The notes under the pieces: generated by a model
The model's input: only the letters and a program-made list of their open reading frames with translations
The model's database searches: none
Told to the model about the DNA's origin: nothing
Shown: positions 13,850-27,437 of the stretch, one piece after another
Numbering within the stretch: position 1 is the stretch's first letter
Layout of the letters: the number at the start of each line of letters is the position of its first letter
NCBI GenBank assembly: GCA_051294375.1
Contig: CM119264.1
Coordinates: forward strand, 28,624,696 to 28,688,695
Reading direction: 5' to 3'
DNA from: Paraspadella gotoi
Taxonomy: Eukaryota; Animalia; Chaetognatha
DNA: 64,000 nucleotides
Program-made: the position numbers and the translations under genes

Positions 13850-16417
13850 TTAATAAGGATGAGACTTGAATGAATTTAAATGGAATCTGCCGGTGGATGG
13901 AGTCTTTTGTGAAGCCGGTACAAAATCCTCATCATCCCCATCTTCAGATTTTTCGTCGCGTTCGAAAAGATCCCCGCATCTTCGGCTGGTGACAGTTCTC
14001 TGAGGACGACGATTGAGAAAGTTCGCCGGGGTTTGTGAAGGAAAAACTATGTCATCGTTATCGTGGTCGTCGTCTTTGTCAACGGCAATCGTTTCTCGAC
14101 AAGATCGAGGGTCGAGTTGATCTTCATCGTATTTCCGTCCAATTTCCGGTTTTTGGGAGGAAAAGACGACGTCGTCGCTCGAGTTGGCAGACGAATCCAC
14201 GTTACGGTCGTCCGACGAAGCGTTCCCGGTCGAAAAAAGGTTGGAGTTCCTCGAGGGGCTTTCGGCGATGCTCCCGATCGCTGGGGAATTGTTGCTAGAT
14301 CCCAATGCTTTAAGTCGCTATGGAAAAAAAGAAAAGAAAAGGTAATCGCCGTCAGTATCGATAAAAATAAATAATCCGACACAAGCTTAGACAAATCAAT
14401 AACCTTGAGCAACTGAGAAGCGGAGTTTTCATCGGTCTCAACCGATTGATATTTTTCGTCATCACAGTAATTTGAGGAAGAGAGATTGTCAAAGATGTGA
14501 TTGTCGGAATGGTCTTGATTGGATGAGGGCCAAGCAATCCAGAATAAATTAAAATATAAATATAAATTTCATAAAAAGATTAGTTAAAAATATCATGATT
14601 CGCAAAGTAATAGACTTATTATCATCATTACCATCATTACAACAGAGATATCCCTCTGTTAGACTTACCTCGAGATTCGTTGACGTGAGGTATAAATGAT
14701 CTCCGCTTAGTGAGAAACATAAGGGATTTCCTTGCGGATCTTCGCGCCTTCGGACTCAACTCTTCGAGACAAGTCTTCATTAGTTCGTCATCTTCGTCCG
14801 ACGACCAAAAGTGATTGGACTGAAACATCAATTGGATTTGGAATTATGTTATCAGCCTTTAAACGGTCTACGACTCCTCTAAATCATTAAAACTTACGTC
14901 GAAGTCGTGAAAAGGTACGATGGACAAAGTTTCTGTTTTGACTCCAGAATTAAAACCGGGTCCAGGTCTCGTCTTCTCTTCCGACGAACAACTGGATGCC
15001 GATATCGGTCGAGTTTGCGGCGGAGTACGAAAGGCTCCGCAAACGGGTTCCCGGAATCCCTTCGCTCCAACGGGAGTTAAGGGAGGGTATGAAGGGACGA
15101 CCGGAACTTTGAAGGCTTGAGCGGTAGTGGGAGTTGAGTGGAGTGGCGCCGAAGTCGGACTAGAAACGACGCCCGGCCCTGATCGAAGCCGATCCGGCAC
15201 AGCCGAGGGCTTCGGGGAAAAAAGGGTTGGTCCTAGCGAAGTTGGGGAGACGTAAGGCACGAAGGGAACCGGAAGTGAAGGGACGGAAGAGTCGAGGAAA
15301 GAGGAGTCGTCTCGACTCGAAGACGAGGATTGTCCGAAATCTGCTTGAACGCTCGCGTCGGCCACCTCGACGCGAGAGAGACTGGATGAGACGTCGTCGA
15401 AGGATGAGGACGTGACTGGAGATGCTAGACTGTCGAGGGAAGCATCGGCGAATCCGTGGGCGTCTTCCTCGAAAGGGAGAGTCACTTGGACGGAGGAATC
15501 GACGACTTGAACGAAATCTGCATCGTCTTCATTATTTTGGTCGACACCGCTGCGGTCATTTTCCCGCCCCGTGAATGAGCAATTTTCTTCTATTTGAGAG
15601 GCATCGAGCGCGAGGGAGGTTTGAATAGCAGTGTCACACACCTCAACGTAGGACAAATTCTGCATTAAAAATAAATAAGTTTGTAAAAAATAACTAGAGA
15701 CAAGGATCGGACAAACTGTTCAGTAAAGTATAAACTTAAACTCGCCTGTTGTCGTTGACTGGAATCTTGAACCGAAAGTTGCGAAAATACATCGTGAAGT
15801 TTTTCGATTTTGGCGGCGGCGGAAACGTAAAGCGATTGATGCGATTCTATCGATACAGGATTAAATTGATAAAAATTTTATATTTTCATGAAACAGATAA
15901 AAAGTAATATATTTAAATATTTAAAACAAAAATATTTAACAAATAAATAAAATCATAAATATAAGTTATTTTAAATCTAAAAAATAAAAAATAAAGATAG
16001 TGAAACAAGTAATTTTGCAACTTTCATATATATATCACCCGGCTTCGTTGGAGATCCGTAAAGCGGAAACTCGAAGCTTCGATCTTCGGAATGCTCGGTC
16101 AAGGCTTCTGGAATCTGAGACTCAGAGATGTCCACGGAAGAGACGGTGAGGTGTGTCAGAGCTTGACTCAAACCCGATAGATCTGACGACCTCGTTGAGT
16201 GGAGATGGTCGCCATCGCCGACGACGTTTGTCAAGTTGGAATCGTTTTCGTCGTTTGATTCGGATGACAAAACGTCGGTAGCGTCGAAACGATAACCTCT
16301 TCCATTTTCCCTCTTTTTCTTAGTTCCAGGTTTGATAGAGTTGAGTCGGGCAGACCGGCCGACCATGGACGCGCCTCCGCTCTTCTGCGACTCGCGAATG
16401 CGAAGGTTGCGGCTCAT
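13850..16417 (-). CDS. Uncharacterised multi-exon, intrinsically disordered Ser/Asp/Pro-rich protein
   Basis: Phase-compatible exons ~16417-16022, 15660-14898, ~14822-14729, ~14510-14405, ~14325-13850 with canonical sites (e.g. GAC|GTAAGT, CGAG|GTAAGT, TTTTCCATAG|). No domain recognised. Confidence 0.65.
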
Positions 16418-17543
16418 GACGAAGAGGGCGACGCAGTTAGCTCCACACAGTTTAGATTTCTCTTAACCGCGCGTCGCGGCATCGATCCAAAATATCTAAG
16501 AGGACAAAGATCAAATACGAAAAAAAGGGCGTGTGCTTAACATTATTTCGTTTTAGCGATACACGACGTGATAGTTGCTTAGAAATATACGACATTCAAA
16601 AACGTAGAAAAACTATGGCGCTCAAAAGTCATGACTTGATACATTAATAACATGCCATAAATTTGCTACGATATGACAAACTGATAGGTTTTACTTAACT
16701 GCTATTACTCTTCTAAATGGCACAAAGATATAATCTCGCAATATATATAATTTATTAAAACATTTCCGAAATCCAGAGCAGTCCCGTGGACCAGCTGATT
16801 ACCACCCAGTTTTTTACAAAAGGACAAAGAAATGAGGTTAAAAATAAACCTTTTTAATTAGTTTAGGACAATTATTCCATATGAAGATAAAATTTTGTCT
16901 AAATTTAATCCTGAAAACAACAAAATTTATATTGACGAAAGAGGGGAAAAAATTTTGAAATATACGAAACTAAACCGAGCTTTAGGTCATTCAGGGTTAT
17001 GAGCATGTATCAACATCTTGGCAACATACATCAATCCGTACGTAGTAATAATAAAATGCCTAGGCAATGAATAATCATTCATTAATGATTCAGATTGGGT
17101 TGTTAACTTAAAATTTTAGGGCCACGAAGACATCTGGCCATTTTTTTTCCTGATTATGACGTTATACGAGTCAATGCTTCCCTCCAATGTTAAACGAGGC
17201 ACTTGGTAGATCTAATATTACAAAATAACTTAGATTACTTAATTTTATCCAATCAAAAGTCCTTTATCTACCAGGTAGACCTCACTGTTCGTTATCGCCA
17301 GAGAAGGCGCTGAATGCATATCTGATAACATTGATACTTTTAGCAAAAAAAAAAGAAAGAAATATGGATTACAATAAAAAAAAGAATTGAGATAAGTGCT
17401 ACAATTAATTACAAAAAAAAACAACTAACAAGCGGGAGACAGTCTCTCGTAAACGTTTAATGAGGGTGACGAGAGCGAGCCTTTGCAAGGACCAACGCGG
17501 GTTTTGGGTTTCGTTTCAGGCCGCTTTCAATTTTTTCCGCTCG

Positions 17544-18426
<883 letters not shown>

Positions 18427-19458
18427 TTAGTTAACTTAATGGTAAATTGTTACGAAAACTATAACCGCCATTTGCTTTTTCCTAAACAAATCAATAATAC
18501 ACAAATTAAACTCTTACTTAAGGACACCAAACAAATTAATCCTTGTTGATTTCTTTGATACTGAAAAGATCGGTTTTCAAAAGCTTTTGAAATAAAGATC
18601 CTGAAATAAACCCAAAAGAAAAGGCGTGACTGCAGTTACATTTGAAATATAAAAATATTGCAAAAGTGAGATCAATGGGAATAACAAAATGTTAAGTAAT
18701 GCTGAACATGCAACTTTTGAATAAATATTATGACGGAAGTCTCATTGGGACATTATCTCGGCCTCTAATTAACGTCTCGTCATGACAAAGCAAACTATTA
18801 TATTTCCGAAAAATCTGACGACCACCTTGACACAAAACGAATCTCAATTTGTTCAAGTGCTCTATACAAAATAAAGCGAAGTTAAAACGTGTGACCATCA
18901 GGTCACTCGGGACAACGTGGAAATCGACTTACTTTAACCCTAAATGATTGGAATTGGAAAATTTTTCTCCTCGGAAAAAAAAAGAGAAGAAAAGGGTTGA
19001 ATCCCGAGCAGACGATTTGGGTTATTCTCGACGGAAGGTAAGGAGCTTTTGTTCCTTTAATCTTCACCACCGACGCTCGATGTCTCTGTCTCAGTACAAA
19101 GATGATAAAAACAAAAGACAAAAATTATATCCTTTTTAATTTTATTAGAATTTGAACCGTGAACGGTTAAGATATTTAATTGGAGGGTTAAGACATCCAC
19201 CCCCCTTACGAGACAATATCAACGTTTCCATAAACCTTTTCAGTTACATGAAAAAAGTTAGCTGAGGTGACTGAGGTGAATAACCGCAATTTCCTACCGA
19301 TACCAAAATAAACAAAAGAGCAAGTAATATATTCAGTTAGATCTAACGGTACGTAACAAGAAAAGCGTTACTGTCAATGTAATTATTTACGTTATAAATA
19401 TAATATTTTTCACGCTACTAAATTCACAACCTACTTTATTGATTATAGACTCTCATAG

Positions 19459-22185
19459 TTATGTATCGGACGGCAGACTGACAACTAAATCCAGCAAATG
19501 ATAAAATTTAAAATAGTTCAAGTTTTCTTCGATTATTTCCTGAAACTCGTCCCTTTCCACCCAGTGCGAAAAAGGGGCATTTCCGCCGTCCCGCGGAACG
19601 AGCTCACTCCTGCCCTCAGGAACTGGCTCAACCCCGCTGTCCCGCGGAGTGGCCGCATTTGCGGGGTCCATTGGAGAGACGTCATTGACGCCGTCCCAAG
19701 AAGCGGCGTCTTTTCCTGCGTCACCTCCTTCGCCGACGACATCGAACGAGTCCCAGGTTTGACGGTAACCCATCGGACCGTCTCCGTTTTCTCCAGGATT
19801 TTCGAATTCAGCGTCGCCTCTATTCGGAGCGCATGCGCCTTTGCAGCACTCTGGTTGAACTTCTTCGACGACGTGATCGATGAGGATTTCGGCAAAGGTG
19901 TGCCGCAACGTGTCTCGGTTCCAACGCTGGAAATACTCGTCGTCGAAATGCATCTCCCTGATGTCGGGAGTTCCTTCGTACGCGAGTTTAGGTCGAGCGA
20001 ATCGCAAGACTCGAAGCAACGTCTCCACCGACAAATGAGGTTCGGCGTCGTCGCTGTCGTCATAGCAACCGCAGGTTTCGCCCGCCGTCGCCTCGCAATC
20101 GAAATCATCGCCGACGCAAGGGGGCGTCGGAGATGGGCAGTCGCACTCCTTGCGGATGAGCAAATCTAATGAGTGACGCAAGATAATTAAATATAAAACG
20201 AGGAAATATCATAGGCTAATTCGTGGAATGATTGATTAACCCCTGTTTCCGGAGTCGTAATGAAATTCTGCAGGTTGCTGAGACGATAGTTTATTTGTGA
20301 CGCCGGTTTCGTAACAGAGGGGAAGCGTTATTCTCGTAGCCGGATCATCGGAACCGCTTCCCAACAGCCACGCAGCCGACGTTTGTAACCGCCTGAAGTT
20401 TTAAATCATTTCGTTTTATTGTCAAATTTATGAAATTGGTAAGACCAATATAAAAATTTTATCCATTCGTTTAATAAAAAGCTGTCTTGCCCCTGACTTA
20501 CGTAACAATCATGCGATGCAATATTTTACTCGCTAACAAAGTATTTTAATTTCTTCACAACCTGCTCTTCATCGGCGAGGACAGCATAACGTCGCTCGTC
20601 CAAGACTGACACAAAGGCTTTCCGTTGGTCACGCTGAGAGCCTTGGCCCAACCCCACTCTGCTTGCTTGTCCAAGCAGAGGTTCATTAAAAAGTCGACGT
20701 AATTGATGGATTGAAGGTGAGAGGGATGAGCCTTTTGATCCTCGTCCACGTGGAGATCGAACAACAAAGTTTGCATCCTCACGGGATCGAACGTTGTCCC
20801 GTTGACGCCTTCGGGAATCGTTTCGCCGGAGACGATGTCCGGTTCGAAGATCGGAACGAAATCGTAATCGGGTCGGTAGAGGATTCCAGTTTTGTCGCGG
20901 TCGAAGCTTTGATACTATAAATAAATTGGTACATTCCATATAAAAAAAAAATTCATTCGTTTAATTAATAAGTTGTCTTTCCCCTGACTTTTGACAGACT
21001 ACGGTCGGTTTAGGCCTCCATTCCTCTTAAAAGATAATAACATAGCAGGACACTGCAACCTTTCAATCAAGACTCTCTCTCAGTCCAGTTCATTATCTTC
21101 CCGAGTCCTTGACAAAATCATATTAATATTTTATAAAACATTGATCTCTATACTAAACTTATGCACATGCAGCTATTTTCAATCGACCTGATAAAGCAAA
21201 AACATGAGTCTGTCCAAGGTAAACTTGACCGGGGGTGACATCATGCTCAAAACGAGTTGAATTCTGGGAAAAACTCTCATTTTCCGTTGATCCAGAAAAA
21301 ACTGGAGCGCCAGTTCGATCTTATGAAGCGACACGTCCTTCCAAGCCGCATGAGGTATCTCGACTTGGTTGGGATGCTCGGATTCGAAAGCCGTCTGCAA
21401 TTCTTCCATGAGATCTATAACTTCGTGATAATGAACGAATCCTTGCTAAAGACAAATAAAAAAAAAGACGAAATTACGCGCACGTACAAACACACGTACA
21501 CGCGCGCACGATCGACGACCTCTTCCACCAAACGAAGACGCGCATCGAACCGACGCAACTCGCCCTCGTAGTCAACGTCTTCGTATTCCAGGAAGTCCGT
21601 CTGCGGAGGTTCCAACCAACTTGGCTCTTCCAGATTCTCGATCGCGAATCTGATGAAGGATTCGAATTCGTACACTTCTTGACGAGACTCTTGGTAAAAG
21701 GTTAGGAAGTCCAATTGGAGTCGCCGGCCCAGACCTTCCAGGGTTTCCTGGACGAAAATTGATAATATTTGAAAAAAAAAAAGATTTAAACTCTTTCTTA
21801 TTTTTAAGTTTATTTTTATAAACATTTTCCCTAAACCCCCAGTTCATTTTAATTTTAGAATTATTTAAGTTATCTTTTATGTTTAAAATTTAATTTAGGT
21901 TAAATTAGTTGAAAGGTTATAGTTAGAGATTTTGTTATCATTATGGTTAGGGATTGGTTTAGGGATTAGGGTTAAGGACTAAGGTTTAGGGTTTTGTTTT
22001 AGGGTTAAGGTTAGATTTAATAATTAAGGCTAAGGCTTAGTAAAGGTTGAGTACTGGGTTATGGGTTACTTAATTGGTTAGGATTAAATATTAAATTAAA
22101 TTTGAGGATAGAAGGGGAAAAAATGAGCATCTTGGGAACAGAAAGCTATTATTTCATCTAAACTTACTAAAAAGTATAACTTGAG

Positions 22186-22269
<84 letters not shown>

Positions 22270-25200
22270 CACTTCCTCTCCAATTCTCACTTTGTACTGA
22301 TTAAGAGTGTTGAACGCCACGTAAGCAATCAGATCCACTCGTTTCCTCCTAATTTCTCTCTCAAAGGCCAACAGTTCTTGAATTTCCCGTCAACGCTTTC
22401 TCCTTCGCGAGTCTCAACTGCTTTTCCTCTTCCGTCTCCGGTGGCTTCTTCGGGCTGCCCTTTCCGCCTTTCTTCCCGCCTTTTTTCCCGCCCTTTTTCG
22501 CGTTCCAGTTCGTGTTGATGTCAAAGACGTCGTCGTCGGAGAAATAATCATCCATGGCGCTGTCGTTTACATTTTCCTCTACTTCCGATTCATCGTCGGA
22601 TTCATTTTCGGATTCATCGTCGTCATCTTCGTCGTCGTCGCTTTGCCCGCTACCGGCGTTGATGTTATGCTTTCCCTTGTTCTTTCCTTTCTTCCCCTTT
22701 TTCCCTTTTCCGCCCTTCTCTTCTTTGGGCGGATTCAAGAGTTCGCTCCCTTTCGGCGGCGAGGTGTAGATCTGAAACGCCATCTCCTGAACCTTGGTCA
22801 AATTGGCCAGGGCCTCTTTGTGAGCCTCGTTCAAAATCTTGACGTCCCAAGGAAGATTCGGATCGTTGGGTTGTTCGAGAAAAGGATGTTTCTCCGCCAC
22901 CAAAGCGGGTCCCTTTTTGGCCCCGCCCTTTCCCTTTTTGTCGTCCTTTTTATTTTTTTTCCCTTTGGCCTTGTTCACATTCTCGTCAAAGTTTTCGTTC
23001 GACTCTTCTACCTCTACGGGGTCAGGAAAACTCGGCACGGCCGTCGCCTCCACTTCAACGTTCTTGATGATCATTCGCGGATAAACGTCTTCCCATTTAA
23101 CGTTTTCCAAATCCAGATTTTCTTTATTCATCTTGGCTGCGACTTTGCTCACCGTTTGAGCGAGACTGGGGACATGAGCCGGAGCGATCGGGGACGGAGT
23201 TCGAGGCGGCGGCGGCGGCGGAACCGATTCGTCCGGAACATCATCACCTTCCTCTTCAGTCGGCGAAGGCGGCGGCGGCGGTGGCGGCAGAACCGACACG
23301 AATATCAACGCCGGTCGAGTAAGATTTTGTAAGGCGTCCATCTCTTTAATCTCCAACCCGGTGGACGAAGTGTAATAATCAATGAGAAAAGCGGCGATTC
23401 GACCAAAGAGCTCAACCTCTGCCGATATCAGACTCAAGAAATAGTTTAACGTCATTCCCGTCAGATGGCCGATCCTCTCGTCGAAAAAGAATCGCTCCTT
23501 GTATTTCTTCACGCAGCGAATGACGCGCTCCGTCTCTTCCGCCATCTCCGCTTTGAGATCGTCGATCCGCAGATGCAACTCGGCCAGAGTCTCCTCGTCC
23601 CGCCACATCTCTGGCGGTAGCTCGACGAGATACTCGAGGTGCTTGTCCTTGACGTCCTCGAGCATCGCCGCTTCCCGGACGATCGCCAAGTAATCCGCGA
23701 GATCTTTGGTCTTGTCGTTCAAAAATCCGGTGAGGTCGCGCTGATGATCTTCCATTCGACGAAACAATCGAATGAGGTATGTCAGGTAAGAGCATTCGAT
23801 CAACTTCCAAGATTTCGTCAAGACTTTGAGCCTCTCCGCCGGAATCTCGGTCTGGAGATAATCCGCCGGATTGAATCCGACCGGCTTCGCCTCCGCCGGT
23901 TCCTTTTTTTCCTTTTTTCCTTTTTTACCCTTCTTTCCTTTGCCTCCCTTGGCGCTCACGTTGGCGTCGGACATGGCGCTATAATTGGTGTTAGTTTCCC
24001 AGCGGCTGGATGTGGGCGATTCCGAGGCGACGACGATGTCCAAAAACGGGTGGGCGGCGCCGGGCAAGCTCTCTTTATCGTCGTCGACTTCATCGCTATC
24101 TTCGTCGCTATCGTCGTCGCTATCGTCGTCGCTATCGTCGCTGGAATCGCTCGAGAGATTCGCGTTCGAATTCGTGTTCCGATTTTTGGATTTTCCTTTT
24201 TTACCGCCTTTTTTGTCTTTGCCTTTTTTTCCTTTTCCTTTTTTTCCCTTCGGCGGAGGTGACTCGACGGGGGGCGGTTCCGGGGGCTTCTCCAACTCCT
24301 CCAAGATCTTCAACGTCTTCTCTAGGGTGACCTCTTCCAACTTTAACCAGACGTCGTCGGCGACGTCTTCGTGTTCTCTATCGCCGTCGACGGTCCTCAC
24401 AGCGGCGAAACCTTGGAACCAGGCGCCCATCTCCTTCCAGGCCTCCATCGTGGCGTCGATCCGCGTCAGCGCTTGTCGGCGCCAGTCCGACGTCGACGGA
24501 ACGGCCTGTGGTTTCCCCGGAAACGGCGACAGACTCCCGAAAGGCATGGGCACGAATTCTAGATGGCGCTCGGTCGACGCCATCTTGGATTTTTCCTCTT
24601 CTTTCTCGCCGAATTCCGTCTCCATTTCGTAGACGCCTCGGTTCCTCTTGACGACCTCATCGAACGATCTCTCCACCTTAATGAAGCAATCCAATCCGCA
24701 CTTGGGATTGTCGCATTCCTGCGGTTCGATCAACACGGGATCCTTGACGATCGAAGAGGCGTACATCGGCATCTTCCGCCAAAGTTCCCCGCGGAAGCAT
24801 CCGTCGACGGTGGTGAGCAATGAAGGAGGCCGCGGATCCGTGGACAGGGGACAAACGTAGCCGGTGAGGTAACGGGACAACCAAGCGGCCTGAGCGACGT
24901 TGCGCGGGAACCCGTCGAGGACCCAACCCGTATCGTCTGAGATTTGAGTGATCTGGATGGCGGCCAACTTGGCGAGGTGTTTATCGAGAGTGGGTTTCCC
25001 TTCCTAGAGGGATTAGGGGGGGGGGAAGGGACTGAACCCTGGACTCTTCTTAGTCGAGTGAAAATATATGGTTAATAAACAATGGCTAAAACATATTAGA
25101 AAATTATTAGTTGCGGCGCCAGTACTCGCGGAGCAACTCTATAAGTCACTTTTCGGTCGGACTGTTGGTCGGTATGTCTGTCCGGTATGTATGTCTGCCT

Positions 25201-27350
25201 GCCTGCCTATAGTTGATTGCTCATTTGTTAAGACAGGAAAAAACCTCAAATCTAAGTGACTGCTAGCGCCGCCTTCAGGAAATCCTAAGACTTTAAAGAA
25301 TTAAAGACAAGATTCCGATGCAATGCGGGTCATAAATAAGCGTGAAAACTGCTCAACTGTCTTTAGGCAAGGGTAGACATAAGGGTGTTAGACCAATTTG
25401 AATGGCGATTCGTGCAATCCTATTTATTTAGGACCTGCCCCATCATGTTAGATATAAATTGGGATCAGAACAACTTTTAGATTTTGACACACCCTAGCGC
25501 AACACATTTGAATTACCGTTCTTGTTAGAAATAGATAATTAAACATAAAGATGATAAAAATAGAAATAAAAAAAAGGTCTTTAAAGACGTCTCACCCTCA
25601 AGCGTTTGTAGATGATTCGACCCAATTTTGCCCTCAGCGTCGGGATGTGTTCAATTTCCACGGGAGTCAAAGATTCTCGTGACACCGCATCCGTCTCGAT
25701 TGGCGGTACAATGACTTCGCCAGTCTGAGAGACGACGGCGCGAACCAACGGCGCGGGCGGTGTGTAAGAATCTGTCGCATTGTTGTTAGTGTTCTTCAAG
25801 CTGTCGTCAAAATTTAAACATTATTTGCATAAGTTCAAATAAATTTTTAAGTTTATTTAAAAATATACTTTGAAACTATAATTAGAGGAGTGATTATAAT
25901 CTTAATTTATTTTGATGAGAAGGGGGATAATGTTACATCATTCCTTTTTTTTTGTTTATAATTTATAATATCCAGTAAAAGGTTGAACAAGTTAACAGCA
26001 AGCGATAGAATTGGATAATACATTTGGGATTAATCATTAATTGACTGATTTTATAAAATATAAAAAGTCGTCCATCGTCAGGAAACAAAGTCGACCTGGC
26101 GCGAGATGACGTTGAAGTGACCACGATTCCTGGCGTCGACTTCAGGCGCAGCAAATGAATCTTCTGGACGCATTCCTTGTCCCAATAAGCTTGAATCGCT
26201 TCCTCCATCAAAGTGTCCACGTCGATGACGACGGTGTTGAGCTCTGTAAGGCTGCGCTCAAGTCGAGGCAGCACTTGGCGAACTTTCTCTGTGTCAGAGG
26301 TGCTGACAGAAGCTGACAATGGAAATGAATTTCTTTTTCTGTGTTTTTTGCTTTTTCTTTTTTTCTTTCCTTCTTTTTTTTTGTCTTTTGTTTCTTTATT
26401 TCTTTCTTTCTCCGCTTTTCTATCCTACTGTTTTGTTTGTTTTTTTGTTAGTTATTCTTTCTTTCTTTCTTTCTTTCGTTCTTTTTTTTCCCTCACCATT
26501 CCTCTCAAACACTACCTTTGATATGACTATTCCCAATGCGACAAAGGCTCGTCTCATCAGGCGGAGGCAAGGGATAAGCGAGTTTCAGGATTCGATGAAC
26601 GACGAATCCCAACCCTTCGTTGACGAACATGTTGAGCTTCTGATGCCTCCGGCTGCGTCCAGAGCCCTCCATGGCGTGATAATCGTTCGCCTGCAGAATA
26701 GCGGCTTTGAAGTCGGCGCGTCGGCATGGGCGTCGCTCGCGCCGGCAAAGGCTTCCTCTTCGCCTCTTCCTCCGTCTTCTCCTCTTCATCCTCCACGGAA
26801 CTGATCGTCCGTACGAAGAATGCGGCCACGGTCGTCGGCAGCGCCGCCTCCACCAAACACCTTTCCGCGTCGGCCACTTCCGGGACGGACCGCGCCAAGT
26901 CGTTCACGATTCTTCGGCTCATCTTCCAAACGCCGGCGATCCGTTCCAACTCCGCTCTCTGATCCTTCTCGAATCTCCACGTGATGTCGCCCATCACCTC
27001 TCGCCTGTAGTTATTTTTGGCCACCTCCCAGGCGGCCGTCTCCGCCTTGAGACGATCCTCCCACTCGGCGACGCGAGCCGCCTCCAGAGCGCCGCTTGGC
27101 GAACGGCGGAGGCTTTGGCCGCGTTCTTGTACCGGAACCTGACTTGTGCCAATCGCGTGATCACTCGAGATTCCATCTGCGTCAAGGGAAGGAGACAGGC
27201 TCGGGAGGTGGCCGTGGCACGCGATCGTTGCGACACCAATCGTCGATCGAGAGAAAATCGACGAGGCGGCGTCGTCGGCGACGCGTTGATTCTTCACCCA
27301 TCGTTCGTCCTTTGTTTTTCTATCTTGAATGTCGGCCACGTATTCGCGGC
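19459..27350 (-). CDS. SPEF2: SPEF2/KPL2-like ciliary central-pair protein (adenylate-kinase-like and EF-hand-like regions), with apparent frameshifts
   Basis: Exons 27350-26517, 26312-26096, 25800-25596, 25003-22291, 21747-21502, 21445-21230, 20914-20562, 20392-20241, 20165-19459; splice phases all fit. Motifs VIDVDTLMEEAIQAYWDKE, TLRAKLG, GWVLDGFPRNVAQA, INYVDFLMNLC..EWGWAKALSV, FQEIIEENLNYFKF resemble human SPEF2 as recalled. Frame breaks near 22387 and in 26690-27290. Confidence 0.8.
20430..20500 (-). repeat. Dispersed repeat family A copy
   Basis: Reverse-complement match to 8925-9000; lies in a SPEF2-like intron. Confidence 0.7.
20920..21115 (-). repeat. Dispersed repeat family A, longer copy
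   Basis: Aligns over ~190 bp with 39170-39360 (GGCCTCCAT..CTCTTA..AGATAAT.ACATAGCAGG..CTGCAA.CTTTCAATCAAGACTCTCT). Confidence 0.75.
25104..25330 (+). mobile_element. Non-autonomous Helitron/Helentron-associated-type interspersed repeat (DINE/HINE-like), copy 1
   Basis: TAGTTGCG..AGTACTCGCGGAGCAACTCTATAAGTCACTTTTCGGTCG followed by a GTCT/GTCG microsatellite. Near-identical inverted copy at ~47460-47723. Family assignment is inferred from architecture. Confidence 0.65.
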
Positions 27351-27437
27351 CTGAGATAGAAGATGTATGGATGACAGATAGATAAAGTAATAAAGCTGAG
27401 ATAGATAGATAGATAGATATATAGATAATTAGATATA

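Noticed and set aside
16860-17060. Plus-strand peptide PYEDKILSKFNPENNKIYIDERGEKILKY as a decayed reverse transcriptase
   Set aside because: Short, stop-interrupted and AT-rich. The resemblance is too weak to support.
21940-22085. Interstitial telomere or chromosome fusion scar
   Set aside because: Repeats are highly degenerate, short and intronic. Better explained as a TE-associated GGTTA-rich tract.
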